Source of the DNA: Dirinaria sp. TL-2023a
Taxonomy: Eukaryota
DNA: 64,000 bases
Assembly: GCA_051941275.1 (NCBI GenBank)
Contig: JAVEBF010000005.1
Span: 1-64,000 of the forward strand
Direction of reading: 5' to 3'
Part shown: positions 1 through 15,184 of the stretch, in pieces
How the letters are laid out: the number at the start of each line of letters is the position of its first letter
How positions within the stretch are numbered: position 1 is the stretch's first letter
Made by a program: the position numbers and the translations under genes
The notes under the pieces: model-generated
The model's database searches: none
The model's input: the letters and a program-made list of their open reading frames with translations, nothing else
What the model was told of the DNA's origin: nothing

Positions 1-745
1 GTTACCATGCAGGCTGTTTTGTGCAGGTTGTTCCACGGCGTGTAGATGATTGTGACGTTCTCTTTCTTGTTCCCTGTTTAAAGAACCCCTTAGAATTTTT
101 TTTCTCAATTTCCTCCCCCTTTTTTCTCTTCTTTTCCCTCGGCTTTTCTTGGGCTCAGAGGCGAGGGACGCGTGTATAAAGTAACCATACCTTCAATAGA
201 ATTCGCTTTCGTCAGCTGCACACAATCTTCCACCAGAGCCGCGGGCAATCGATCCCATTCCTGCCCCTCCTGCAACCGGAGGTAGATATGTGCGCTGGAG
301 AGGTTGTCGGCGTGGAACTATCAAAATTTCACCTCCCCACCTTGTCAGCTATTTTTTCTCTCTCTCCTCTTCCTCTTCCCCGCCCTCTCTCTAACCAAGA
401 TATAACCAAGAAACGTACGTACCCTAAGAAGAAGCACACCACGTCAGTTCTAAACCGGGGCCAGCAATAAGGCAGTGGGCGATTGGAAAAAAAATTTAAG
501 TAGTAGGCCTACGATACCATACATCCTCGTCCCAGCCGTATTTGATCAGCTCCTCGTCTTTTATTTTTAAAAAATAGTCGCCCGTGTTAGTTAATTAAGG
601 GGCCAGGCGTGGAGGGACATGGGGTTTGAGAGGGTGTTGTTTGTGGGGGGGGAAGGGAAAGGGAGCGCACACTTTCGAATTTGTCCTTGCCCACGTAGAT
701 TGTGGCTGGTGGGTCGACGGCCGTCGAGGTGAAGTAGTAGACCAT
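1..745 (-). CDS. JLP2: CCDC25/Jlp2-family NFACT-R (DUF814) protein, 5' part; runs off the window edge
   Basis: Not in the ORF track. Exons 745-673, 557-518, 423 (1 nt), 317-191 and 73-1 splice to [104 protein letters not shown], which matches the CCDC25/Jlp2 N-terminus as I recall it. All introns are GT-AG. Confidence 0.92.
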
Positions 746-1449
746 CCTGTGGACACGTTGTAGGTTGAGGGTTTACGGGTGACGGTCCGGAAGTTTGGAG
801 AAGTAGATGAAGCTGTCTTTTCAATATATGAGGTACCTTATGCTGTACCTTACGAATGCTCGGCTTCGAAGACTCTGGGGTTAAAGTAGGGTTCAGAAGT
901 ATCCGTTAAAGTACCTTAACTACCTTAATGGATGCGAGCGGATGAAAAATTGTTACTTTGGGTTGTCTTCGAAACCGAATACCCATCTCATGTAGCGAAT
1001 TATATGATAGCCAAGTTATGGTTGTAGTAAAAAACACTGAAAAGGCCTTTATTAGGATGTTGCATGTATTTACATTGTGAGAACATCCCATCTAAGACAC
1101 GCAGGCAAGCAAATATCTATTATCTTGTACACAGCAGCAGCAATAAGCTTCGTACATATCCCGAGCTAGAAGCTTTCTAGTTGTCCATCTTTTGAATATC
1201 GGAGAGCTATTAGGGCCTTGCCGATTCTATTACCCTAGTGACCCACTGACTCAGGCCGCTAAGCCAATACCGAATTTTTTTTTTGGATGATTGTATCTGT
1301 TCATGTACGTTTCTTCATGGCCCAAAGGATTTGCGGGGTTGCACAGCAACCAAGTGTATGCACGTGTATGAAGGAGGATTGATGCCGAGATGTCTGCTAG
1401 GTGAGCAGGTGGATTGCTCATTAGTCCAATGAAAGTAAACTTGACGGGC

Positions 1450-3814
1450 CTATCGATTAAGATCCCACTGGGGTTTCAATGTTTCCGAGAAATCATGCCG
1501 GGTCCCGACCACTTCTTTAGGTATCCGACTCACTCGGTAGGCGCCAGAGCGGATGCTGTAGAGCTGGCGCTCCGACATAGCACTGCGGTTGCTGCGAATA
1601 CTTCCAGCATCGGAAGCTGTTGCGCTGCCGGGGAAGCGGGGTGGAGGCGCGAAGTCTAAAGAGGTGAAAGTTCCTGACTTCCTCAACATGTGCCTGAAAG
1701 CAAGGTCAGCACTGATTATAAGTTTCTAGTAGGATTGAATAAGACTCACGGACTAGGCATGACCGAGAGATCATCGAATGAGGACACCAACGGTAATTGA
1801 GCTGGCACCCTCGGCGAGTAGGGTCGGAAACCACCTCGAGGACTGTCTGCCCGGCCATTCGCACGATCGTTAGAATTCCCAGGAGGAGCAAAGTCGATCG
1901 GCAAGGCGAAGGCGTCTTCCTTCAACATGTGGGGTGAAGGTAGTGCCTTCAAAGGTTGCGGAAGAGGTGGAGGTTTTTGCGGGCCACGGCCACGGTTAGG
2001 GCCGAAGCGACCGGATGCAGACGAGAACGCGCGAGGCACAGGGGCGAACCCACTACCGGACATTGTTGCGTGATGGCGTGCCGCACCACGGAAGCGCGGT
2101 GGTGTACGCGGCGGAGGGGTCATTGCTCGGCGACCATAGGGTACAGCATAAGGGGCATGGGCTGTCACGAATTGGCCACTTGCCGGGTCGAATATAGCCC
2201 CATCGCCAAGGTACCCTCCATCGTAGTCTTCGTAGTATTGTCCAGCACCTTGTGGCCCTGCTTTGCTTTCGTCGAAGTACTCTTTGTAAAATGATCTGAT
2301 GCGATTTGCTCGTTGCTCTGGGTTGTCGTGCGGATCATCGGGTGGTAAGGGCCGGACCCCCATTGATAGTCTTCGGATATCGAACCCAAGCTCCTGCTCA
2401 CCCAGATTCTCCCCTACATGCTCTGCGACTGGAGGTAGGCCCCCTTGATCAGGTACACGAGCGGTAACTGATGGTTGTCGTGACCTAATATTCTTGGGTG
2501 AAGGAGGGGTGACTTTAAAGCCATCACCGTAATCGCTCTCGTCATCAAAGAAGTTCAGTTCCTGGCTCGAATGAGAGGCAGCTTTAAGGGATTGAGTCCT
2601 AGGTGGTCTGGAGAATTCTGCAGATGATTTGGCTTTTACTGCTACAGGAGGTGACTTTCGATTTCCAGACTGCTGAGATGAGGACGAAGCACTGTGGAGG
2701 GAGCCGCTTTGAGACTGGATCGGACTCTGCCTTTGCGATTGACCCGGGGTCTGGGAAACAACATCTGCAGATGGTTCCCGACTATGAATGAGCGGCCCAA
2801 GATAGTTGTTGCTTTTGCGAAGATCGACACCATCCTTGCTCGTGGAAGAATCACGAGGATCAGCAGCTGCGGGTGGTGCGAGGCCAGCACTGACAGGTTT
2901 GGGCGGCAATCCTTTACGAGGAACTCCCAAAGCTGGTTGTGGAGGACGTATCTGAGATACACTGTCGATGGACACAGGCGAGCGAGATGTCGGGGGGACC
3001 GATCTTGACATACGTTGGGCGTTTCGTAAGAGGTTTTGATTCATGCCGTCGTTCTTCCGACCACTCGAACCAGAGCCCGTGTAGCTCGAGGAATCGTCCG
3101 CAGCTCGGCGGGAAGGGTAGGAATGCGTGGAGGCGGTATCATTCGTTTGAAAAATGGTAGCTGGGCGGTACCGATCATCGCCACTGTGGATCGTACGGGA
3201 CATAGAATGCAATGACTCACGAGAGCCATGCAGGCCAGGCGGTAAGACGTAGGGGCTTCCAATATCCATGTCCATCGAAAGACCGCGAGGTCGCTGATGA
3301 CCTATCCCTTGGCCGACTTCTTTCATTGTCATCTCTGGCTCGCCCTTTCTACCTTTCCAAATCTTCTTGGACTGCTTTGATGCTGGTCCACCGGCATCCA
3401 TGCCAAAGTCTAAAGACCTATGGGGGTCATTGGCGTCCTCACGATAGAGTTTTCTAACGTGTCTGCGATGAAGATAAATAAAGATTAGGATCGCAATAGC
3501 AAGAGGGATCCTGCACGGATTGTTAGCTTGACTCAAGGAAGCCATGGACCTCATCAAACATACAATAGACCACACAGGACTGGTAAGGTGACGCTGCTTG
3601 AATCGGAAGACTTTTGACATTTGTCATTAGAATCTCCGGAAGTACAATGGTTCGAATCGTCGGAAGCTCCTCGTTTCGCTATATTCGACAATTGAGTCTT
3701 GGTGGTTTCGAGGAACCTCGCCAGAAGTGGTGGCGCGGGTTTGAAACCAGTGGTAGGTACTGATGCACGACCTCTGAGGTGAAGAAAGCCATGACTGTGG
3801 TGTAGTCGACCCAT
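1450..3814 (-). CDS. Single-pass membrane protein with a long Ser/Pro-rich cytoplasmic tail (Skg6/Tos2-like fungal family)
   Basis: Exons 3814-3564, 3510-1750 and 1693-1450. Cys pair (CTSGDSNDKCQK), then TM helix IPLAIAILIFIYL, basic HRRHVRK, and conserved-looking blocks RANRIRSFYKEYF and LDFAPPPRF. Confidence 0.75.
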
Positions 3815-6134
3815 CTTGCGGAGCAACGACAATTGCCCGATGGAGATGAAGGTCAGAAGTATACTTTGATGCAAATTACAATATTCGGAAGAGCACCTGT
3901 ACGAGTAAGGTGCGCGATGTTTGTACTGGCTATTTCATAAGTAAGGTATTCTGCAAACAACCGAGGAGGTATGCAAATTAAGAGAGTGTGTTGATGAGGG
4001 ACCGGCACGGTGCACAGGCTACTGTAAGTAAAGAACGACTGTGGTGAGAAGAAAAGAACGTGGGAGTGATTGGTGGTAAGGAAGGAAACGGCCCTGGCGA
4101 AAGCCTGAGGGGCTTGGAAGTCTTTGTCCAAGAGCAAAGTGGGAGTGGGAAGGAGAGTGAGTGACTGAGTGGAAAAAGGAATGGAGGCACGTTTGGGAGG
4201 AAGGCGGTCGCGGAGGAGCGAGAGAGCCTGCCGCCGTCGCTTGCTCCTAACTTCCCACACGCTGGACCGTTCAGGCTAAACCGCAACGGGGCGGCTAGGA
4301 CGGCTAGCTCAGGTACCAGATCAACATCCCGGTCATCGCAATTTCAATCTGGGGCTGATCCCACACGCAAATCGCGTCCTGGACTCCTGGTGCTCCTGGC
4401 AGTAGGCTGGCAGTAGGCTGGCACACAGCCGGCAAATGACGAACTCCACTTCTTTTTGCATCTGCCGGCTTCGAGCTACGCTAGAGCTATCGGAGAGTAG
4501 GAAAAGCATGGAGTGAGTCCGTTCAGGGGAAGGCTTGGCAGCATAGCATCGCGATTCTCAAATCCTCGACCTCGAGCGCGAGAAATGACACAATCTCTAA
4601 AAATACAGATCATGTGTGTAGAAGCATCTCCATCCATGGCTAAGACACCTCGCATTGTTCGAATTGTTATATGCTCGGGTTCAATATCCTGCATCTTCGC
4701 TGTCTGGCTTGTGAATCCACACTTGACCGGCACAGCTCGAGGGGTGTGAGTGAGCATGCTCACAGTTGACCACTTGAGACAGCGACCCCTGCATCTGTAC
4801 GCACGTTCAGCCCGAAGTCGCCCGTGTAATTGTATTTTCCTACCGAGTCTATGATTGCGCTTTGTACCCTCTCAACGTTCATAATTCGTAGGATTTCAAG
4901 CAGGCTCACGATGAATGGGAATCGACGAATCATGATGCGTGTTTTATTAATTATGGCACGCAGAATCAAACCATGCAGGATCCATGTACAATTTACTCCT
5001 TCGGTAAACATCATGATGCAAGTTGATCTTCTGCCAGCGATGAACCTATCCTTTTTCGGATCAAGAGGATGCTGACAGTGGGTCGCGCCCGGAAAGATAG
5101 CTCGCGAATCACTTTTTGTAGGCATATCTGTAGCTTCAACCTGGGAATAAGAAATATGGGATTTTATTTAAGCTACCCTGTGTACTTTGAATAATTTATT
5201 GTTGAGCCACTGGTTGGAAAGCGGACGCATCTTTTTGTTTAAGAAATTACTCTTTGCACAGCCAAGCTCTCACTCTGATTTTGGCTACGGGCCTGAGTCT
5301 GCAATATGCTCGTCCTGGGGCTCGAAAAGTGACAGTATTAAACTGACTTGTAGGTACCTCTTGATCAAGGGTTTTGCCGGGTGGCCGAAATACCTTGAAT
5401 TTGGCTCCAGATAAGGTAAATCAAGGATCCGCTTCCTGGTTGATGATAGTCCTGCTGCAACCAACTCCTCCGTACATTAAATAATGCGGCGGCACAAATG
5501 GCAAGGGACGAGCGATGGCTGCATGCAAGCGATCAAGGCACATGGGCGCTGATATCGCTGTGCAATGGACAGCAAGTTCGACAATAGTAATCATAGCTGC
5601 TTGGGAACATGCTGCAATGGAAAAGCCCACAGACTCCATGTGCAAATGGGGAGAAGATTATGATTCAATTGTTGCAACGCTGGTTGGCTGGCTCGGCTGT
5701 GATGTGGCCTGGGACCGGCTGTGGCGCGGGTTGACCCGTAGGAGCCAGAGCCCAGAGTTATGTAGAGTGAGAAGTGAATTGATCCACAAGGAATCTGGGG
5801 TGCCAGTAGAGGGTCCTCGACATGGCTTTTGATCTTTCGATTACCTTGCGCCGAATGTTCGATGTGCCAGTCCGATGAGATGGAAGAGCTTCAAGCATTG
5901 ATTTTTCGAGGAACGGGCCGAGATGCATCCCGAAGTCAACTCCACCCTCCACCTCGACCTCGTGACGTGGGGGGAGGCAAATTTGTTGAGGGAAACTCTT
6001 CTTCCCAATTGAAGACACTCAGAACATTAACATAATCGTAATTATTTTCTTAAATTGACAAAATAGTAACAGTCCGAGACACTCACAGTCTTAATACTCC
6101 TCAATCTTTGGCACCGTTTATCTATTCAATTAAG

Positions 6135-7126
6135 ATGGCACCGCCGTCAGCTATCGAACCTGAAGCCAACGGGCACACGACACCTTCTACCTTAGCCCCA
6201 CATGAGCCTGGATTGAGTGAGCCGAAGGCGAAAGTGCAGATGCCCAAGTTTCCTGGCCCACCCACGTTCAGTGACAAGTACGAAGAGAGGGAATACCTTA
6301 AAGGGCGCCTTGCCGCGGCCTTCCGTATCTTCGGTACTGCAGCCACGACATCAGATGTTCCAGAGAAGGCTGTTAACGCTGATGGCAGGCAAGTACGGCT
6401 TTGACGAGGGCGTTGCGGGCCACATCACATTAAGAGATCCAGTCGATCCAAGCACATTCTGGGTCAACCCCTTTGGCGTCGCTTTCTCGCTAATGAAGAG
6501 GAGCGACTTGATACAAATCGACGAAGATGGAGAAATCATCGACGGTGGCAAAGTCCGCTTGCTCAATTCTGCTGCATTCATGATCCATTCCGCAGTCCAT
6601 CAAGCACGGCCTGACGTTATGTGCGCAGCCCACAGTCACAGTATTTACGGTCGTACCTTTTGCGCTTTGGGTAGGACGCTTGACACAATCACACAAGACA
6701 GTTGCTCTTTCCATAATGTACGTTACGGTTTTCATTTGTCATGAGCGAATGTGGGCCGACTGCTGCTAGGACCATGTTTTATACGAGAGTTTCAACGGCA
6801 TTGTCCTCGCCGAGAAGGAAGGTAAGGACATTGCCGCTTGTCTCGGGAATAAAAAAGCTGCTTTGTTGCAGAATCACGGTCTATTGACGGTGGGTTCCAC
6901 CATCGAGGCTGCAGTCTTTTGGTTCATTAGCTTGGAAAAGTGCTGCCACGCACAGCTCATGGCAGACGCTGCTGCGGGCGGACGCGGCGGTCAGACCGTC
7001 AAAATCCACGATGATGATGCGGTTTACACCTACAAAACCGTCGGTACGCCGAGAGCAGGATGGTTCAGTGCAAAACCGCTTTTCGACGTTATCGAAAAGG
7101 AGTGCAATGCTGAGTACTTGGACTGA
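6135..7126 (+). CDS. Class II aldolase/adducin-family protein (mug14-like)
   Basis: Three exons. Motifs GFDEGVAGHITLRDP, AFMIHSAVHQARPDVMCAAHSHS and LQNHG carry the metal-binding histidines. Confidence 0.9.
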
Positions 7127-8377
7127 GGGCAGGCCAATAGTATGAGGAGTAGAGAAGAGGCCTCGCTCGCCGAGTTTGCAGATTTGCTTATGGCTCTCTG
7201 TGCGTACACAAGGAATTGAAAACACATGCCTAGGGAATTCGAATACATACCAGCGATTGCAAGACAAAGGGTTGGAAGTCTGGGGCACATATCAGGGATT
7301 GCAAATCATACCAAAGGATGGAATACAGATCAAGGACCTGAGAGGTCTGCATTCTGTTTCGTAGCTTTCTAGCCTGACTTCATTCCTTTTATACCAGTGC
7401 TTTCAGACTTGATTAACTTGCATCAAGCGTATTGAAGCATGTGACACCGGGCACGCACAGTGAAGAGTCAAATGGAAGAGCAATCGAGGAATGTTGCGTG
7501 ATCTTGCTATGAGGACTGGGCTGCTTGGTAATTTGTACCGTACGTGTGCGAGCTCAAGGTTTGCGCTCGAGAAAAAGACCCAAAAGCCGCTCAGCCAAAG
7601 TCAGAGAAGTGAAAGAAGCAGTGAACCAAGCGTATACTTAGATGCTAAGAATAATTGATAGAAGCAACTGGAAACAGAAATCGGCACAGGAGGAACAATT
7701 TTTGACGATGCAATGAGCGATCGTTCTCCCATGTCAGTAAGGTGGCCATATTTACAGAGTACTGCTAATGCGATTGAATACCTATCGTGTCCTGAGCACA
7801 GAAAGGCCTTCCAAGCTGCAGGTCACGACGCGTATGATCAGAGAAGGGGTGCAAAGTTGTTGCTGCGGCCCTCTGTTTGCCACGATGTGAAGGAGACATG
7901 TCTCGCTATGTTGATGTTGAGCATCTACTTTATCCTTCTCTATCATACCCAGACGCAAAAACCTAAGAGCCGAGTGGTCCTACACAGAATGGAGCTGTTA
8001 GAGAGCTCGTACCTTACCTGCACAACGGCTCGCTTGTGCTAAGGTACGATACGCAACTGTTCAACTGTACTTTACCTTAGCTTGTTTTAAAAAAAAAGAC
8101 GTTGCTTGGCGTGCCAGGAGAGTAAAGTAGGCTAATCTAAGGTAGTCAGAGGTACTAGAGTACATACTTTACTGCTTTTCAAATGTGAAGCCTCAACTTC
8201 CAACGCCTTCCTAACTCTAGCCCACCGCTACTCGCCTGACAGCGATCCGGCTGCGCAAAGCTGCGGTATCGAAGCTGTTGGACTAGGCTTTGAGCCCAGG
8301 TCAAACCCTTCCCTGTCGAGAAGCCCTCGTTTACATGAGATATCGCGAGCTGTTCGCCCCCAGCTGCTACCACCGAT

Positions 8378-9927
<1,550 letters not shown>

Positions 9928-10843
9928 AGGCGCTCCCCCTCCCTCTATTTTCCCATTACGCCATTACAGACCCTTCCCTTAATTGAAACAAAACTCGCTG
10001 AGCATGCAGACGAGAAGCAAGATACACCTCCCTTTACCCTACCTTAGATCTACATCACGAGCGGGCCTGCTTTACCTTTACATTTTCCGTTTCTCCCCTT
10101 CTCTTTTTTGGGAGGGGGTTTCCGGGTTTTTCTGCTACCAAACTAGGTACGAAAACCAACATCTACCGGCGTTGCGGGTGAGCTTTGCTCTGCTCCATGT
10201 GTAAAGATTAGTCCAATGTTTCCAATTCCCTTTTTTTTTATTTTTGCACCCCTCCCTCTGCTTGCTTGCTTGCTTGGTTGGGAACGTGCAGCAAGCATTA
10301 TATCAAACACGCGGTGATGGACTCGAAAGGAAAGAATGGAGGGAGGAGGAAAGACGGCAAGGGAAGGGAAGGAGGAAATTTGTATGCCCCTTTGCATCGT
10401 GTACATAAATCAGTCTTTCCTTTTTCTCTTCCTGAACTTCTTTCGATTGAGGGATAGATGGAGGGATGAATGGATGGATGGAACATGCCACATCTTTTTT
10501 ATCCGGCAGGAATCGGTTGCTCCCAGAGGCAAGGAGAGCGGAGAAGCGCAGTACTATCCAAGCCTCTTTTTTCCCTACAATCGGATCGGATTGTTCCTGT
10601 TTCGTACACAGTAATAATAATTCATTGCTTTGGGATCGTCTGGGGGACGGAGGGGCCACAAATGTTCAAACATGGAGAGCGGTCCTTCAGAACCGGTCAA
10701 CATGGTTTCCGTCCTCACTCATTAGTCAGATAAACGATAGGGCTTGCTGGGATCAATTCCTTAATATAATCAATAATATCCATTTATTATTGGGGAGGGG
10801 TTTTTTCTCTCTCATATAGCTATAAGCTATAGTCCATAAATAG

Positions 10844-12794
10844 CTACCACGAATAGATCCCATTCTCGAATTTCTCCGTATCATAGAATCTGGCGACGAT
10901 GTTGTTGCCGTTGAAGATCCGTCCTTCGAGAGCATTGACTGCCTAGAGTTTCAAAGAAGAAGAAACAGAGGTTAGTTGTGAGTAGTTTGAGAATATTATG
11001 GAGGGCTGCTCAAAGGTGGGGGAACAAGGGGATTTCTTACTCTCAAAGCTGATAATTGACTGGTGAACTTGACGAAGACTGGCACTGCAGAAGGGGCAGC
11101 TCGATCGATGAATACTCGTTCAACACGGCCGTACTTTTGCGATGTAGGTATGAGTTCAATGCTTTCCCCATGCGTCGTGTGAAGAGGAGAAGGGGGGGGA
11201 AAGGAGGCTTACTTTCTCCGCACATTCTTCCCCAATCTCTTGCATCAAGCCCCCTTCTCCAGCGCCTTCCAGCTCAGCATCCAAGTCCATGCCGTCGATC
11301 ATCCCTCGTAGCACGATGACCTCGCTCATGGCGCCGAATTTACCCTCACCCTCATCTCCTTTTCCGCCTTTCTTTTTCCCGCCTATGATCTTGCCCATAC
11401 CTCCCGGTCCCACGAAACCGCCCCCTTCCGAGTCCGGCTTTTTCTTCTGTTTGACCACCTGAGCACGCAAGGGATTGACAATGCCAGTGTTGTTAGCACC
11501 CAAGCCGGAGCCTTTTGTCCAACCGTATTTAGACATCAGGCGCTCGGCGAAACCTTTCTGGCCGGGGCGCAAGGAGCGGGGAGCATCTGCTGCAGGTTCG
11601 GGCGAACGGTCCTCCGACTCCTCATTTTGTAGGGCGCTTTGGAGCTCTGCTTCGGATTCGGGAAGTTCAGATGGCGCAGGTGGCAGTTGATAGCGGACTG
11701 GAGCGCGGGAGATTGTTGGTGGTGGAGGTGCCGCAGAGGTTGGCTGCGAAGAGGGTTGGGCTTGCACAGTCTCAGTGGCCGGAACTGATGGAGGAGGTGG
11801 AGGTGGAGGTTCGAAGGGCTGCTGCACTGGCGAGGCAGGACGGTCGGGCGGAGCGCCTGGTTGGGAGAGACGCATACGACGCATGTATGCATCTTCACCG
11901 GTGGGGTCATTAGGTAGTTCAGCCGGTGGTGGGGGTGGAGGAGACGGATTATCTTCCAAAGATTGCGGTGGCGCAAAAGACATAGCTGGAGGAGCGAATT
12001 GCTCTTTGTAGGCGGTCAGCCTCTTTTTTTTTGGACTGGGATGGTCTTGCCACTTACTGCTCATCTGGGGTCTGTAATTCTCCTCCTCGCTATCACTGCT
12101 GCTCCTGCGTTGAATGCGATGGGCATACAGCCTGTCTTTCCACTCTCTAATCTCTGAGATCTTTTCATCACTGTGCTTGTATTCTTCGTAGTTGTTTGGC
12201 CTTGATGGATCGTAGATGTCGTCCCAGTTCTGAGGGATCTGCACCTCCTCTTTGTTCTTCTTTCTCTTCTTACGACCCCCTCTCTGACGCTTTTCTGCGC
12301 CATAAAATCCATTAATATCGTCGTCGGCGTCAGCTGTCCAGTCGGCAAGTGTATTCTTGGGAGGCGGTTTAGCAATACCACCTACTGCATCCGGTGGTGT
12401 AGCGGCAGAATTGCCGACGACTGATGTTTGAGAAACGGGTTTTTGTCCTGCGGGTTTGGCCTTCGCTTTCTGTGCAGACAACTGTGGCCGCTTTGTAGGC
12501 TGAAATCTTAAGGAAGCTGTTTAATGCAGAGCAAATGCCGAGCAACCGTGAGCCAATGCGAATCGCACAAATTTAACGACCTCAACGAGGGGCAGAAGCA
12601 TATCTACCGGCACTTATCTGTTGCTTCTGAGCAGAAGACTCATCTTGCTGAGGTTGCTCTCCGCCAGATTTGTTGAAGACCACGGGACCGCGTGATATCG
12701 TACCTGGCGCGGCTGAATTGCTGGAGGACGGATCGAGTAGATTTGCATACAGCGAAAGTCCTGATCTAGCTGGTTTGGGCCCGTTAGATGTCAT
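10844..12794 (-). CDS. SPF45: G-patch plus UHM/RRM splicing factor (SPF45/DRT111-like)
   Basis: WDDIYDPSRPNNYEEY; G-patch FAERLMSKYGWTKGSGLG; C-terminal UHM EECAEKYGRVERVFI...AVNALEGRIFNGNNIVARFYD, rebuilt across introns. Confidence 0.88.
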
Positions 12795-13482
12795 GGTTTA
12801 ACGATTTTCAATGTGAGCAGGATCATCGGCAATTCAGAGCTTCAGGTGCTCAGTGCATGCCCAGCGTGAATATGTATGTAATGTAAAGTCAGATGTTCGT
12901 ACTTTACAGTAGCTTGAAATCCTAAAGTAGTACCTTAGATCCCTTAGCGCCCGGTGGACAGAATTACTGGAACGGTAGGCCTAACCGACCCCTTATCAAG
13001 CCTTCCCACTGACAATTAATACCATGATCTGTTTCTCATCTGGGAAGTGGGTAGAAAGTGATTTGGTCAAATCTCAGTCGAAATTTTAAGAGTAAAATAC
13101 CTTTGGCAATCGGTAATGGCAGACTTGTGCACACGCATTTGAATCGTCCACTCCAAGCTTTAATACCACAGGGAGACCTCATTCATATCATATTGATCTA
13201 GGGCTTTATTAGGGGTTTATTAGGGTTTTCACCGGGACTCGAACGCACACATTCATCAGGGGGGCTCCGGAATATTATTAACCGTTGCCAAGTCCCGATG
13301 CATCGACCCAGATACAGCTAGGTACCTACCCGAGCTGCCGTGAGAACGTCATAACCTTGCCTCAGCCCTCATTCCGCCCGATACTGCCTCTCAGGTGCAG
13401 GCGCAATGGTGGAAAGGTGGCCGGACTTGATCCTTATTCCTCAAGTAGGAGACTTGAAGCTCAGGACGCTGCAACACAAGAA

Positions 13483-15184
13483 ATGGCGACATTGGCGAAT
13501 GCAATTGAACCCCGTGGGCAAAAGACAGCTATCATTGTACCCGGCAAACCCAGTCCTCTCATTGCGTCTTATGAGCAGCTTCATACTCAAGTATCCGCGT
13601 TCCAGAAACAGCTCGCTTTTCTAGGAATTACACCTCAAGCCGCTGTCTCAATTGCATTGCCTAATTCCTACGAGTTTATTGTTGCCTTTCTCGCAGCGTC
13701 ATGGCAGCGTGCCATTGCTGCCCCGCTGAATCCCGCTTACAAACAGGATGAGTTCGAGTTTTATATAGATGACCTGCGATCTGCGGTCGTACTGGTGCCC
13801 AAAGGATCTGTGCAGCAGAACGGTCCAGCTGTCCGCGCTGCGCGCAAATACAAGGCTGCAATTGCGGAAGTATATTACAATGGCCAAGAGGTGGTTCTGG
13901 ACGTGAAGGATGCAGGAAAGCTATCTGCAATGGGTGTTAGACCGGTTGAGAAGCCGCAGCCAGACGATATTGCCTTAGTATTACACACAAGTGGTACGAC
14001 AGGACGGCCGAAAGCCGTATGTGCAAGCCAACCTCTTACTACGCATTCAGTGATTGATGACCGCAGGTGCCATTGACTCATAAGAACTTGACTCGGTCGA
14101 TGAGTAGGCTCACGATTGCTCTGGGTATTATGCTCGCTGAAGATTTGCAGAGAACATACGAATGACCTACCAGCTTACGCCCGAAGACAGGAGCTCCCTC
14201 GTCATGCCACTGTTCCACGTCCACGGGCTCCTTGCCGGCTTTTTATCCCCATTATCATCTGGTGGCTCTGTCATTGTGCCCTTGAGATTCTCAGCCTCCG
14301 AATTCTGGGATCATTTCATCACCTACAAGGCCAATTGGTACACGGCGGTCCCGACTATTCATCAAATCCTGTTAAGAAGCCCACCGCCAAAACAATTACC
14401 TAACATTCGATTTATCCGCTCTTGTTCCTCGCCCTTGTCGCCGAAGACATTCCATGAGCTGGAAAAAGCATTCAATGCTCCTGTTCTTGAAGCTTACGCA
14501 ATGACCGAGGGTGCACATCAAATGACTTCCAATCCATTACCACCTGCCAAGCGTCTGCCGGGTAGCGTTGGCATCGGTCAGGGGGTGGAAGTCAGGATAC
14601 TCGATCAAGATGGTAAGGAAGTGCCACAGGGCTCAGAAGCTGAGATCTGCATCCGCGGCGAGAACGTAACGAAAGGCTATTTGAACAACCCTGGAGCGAA
14701 CAAGTCCTCGTTCACACAAGACGGCTTTTTCAGGACAGGTGACCAAGGCAAGCAAGACAAGGACGGATATGTCATCATCACCGGAAGGATCAAGGAACTC
14801 ATCAATAAGGGCAGCGAGAAGATCAGTCCAGTGGAGCTCGATAACGTAGTCTCTCAGCACCCTGCGGTTGCAGAAGCTGTAAGCTTCGCTATTGATGACG
14901 AGATGTATGGCCAGGATGTTGGCCTGGCTGTGGTCATGAAAGACTATCAAACCATTCGGGAAGATGAGCTACGTCAGTACATTGCTCGCAAGGTCGCAAA
15001 GTTCAAAGTGCCGAAGAAGGTATGCTTACATGGAACGTCCTTTCTTGCCTAGTGCTATCTGGCTGACAACGAATCCAAGGTGTTCTTCACAGACTACATG
15101 CCAAAGACTGCGACTGGTAAAGTGCAGCGAAGGATGGTAGCACAAGAGATGCTCAAGAAAGATCAGCGCAAAGCTAAGCTATAG
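13483..15184 (+). CDS. PCS60: Peroxisomal acyl-CoA synthetase (oxalyl-CoA synthetase type)
   Basis: AMP-binding motifs LHTSGTTGRPK, EAYAMTE, FFRTGD and GRIKELIN, plus PKTATGKVQRR. Ends in AKL* (PTS1). Three introns. Confidence 0.9.

Noticed and set aside
4397..4423. 11-bp tandem duplication TGGCAGTAGGC
   Set aside because: Only about 2.5 copies, consistent with ordinary slippage.
4260..6100. Short ORFs or a transposon relic in long intergenic regions (also 18450-20100, 25300-27100 and 30900-32700)
   Set aside because: No recognisable domains, terminal repeats, or RIP-type AT-rich decay.
13225..13330. tRNA gene suggested by GTTCGAGTCC on the minus strand
   Set aside because: No acceptor stem, D arm or anticodon arm could be formed.
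13285..13482. N-terminal extension of PCS60 shown in the ORF track
   Set aside because: It starts at TTG with no in-frame ATG, and family similarity begins at ATG 13483.
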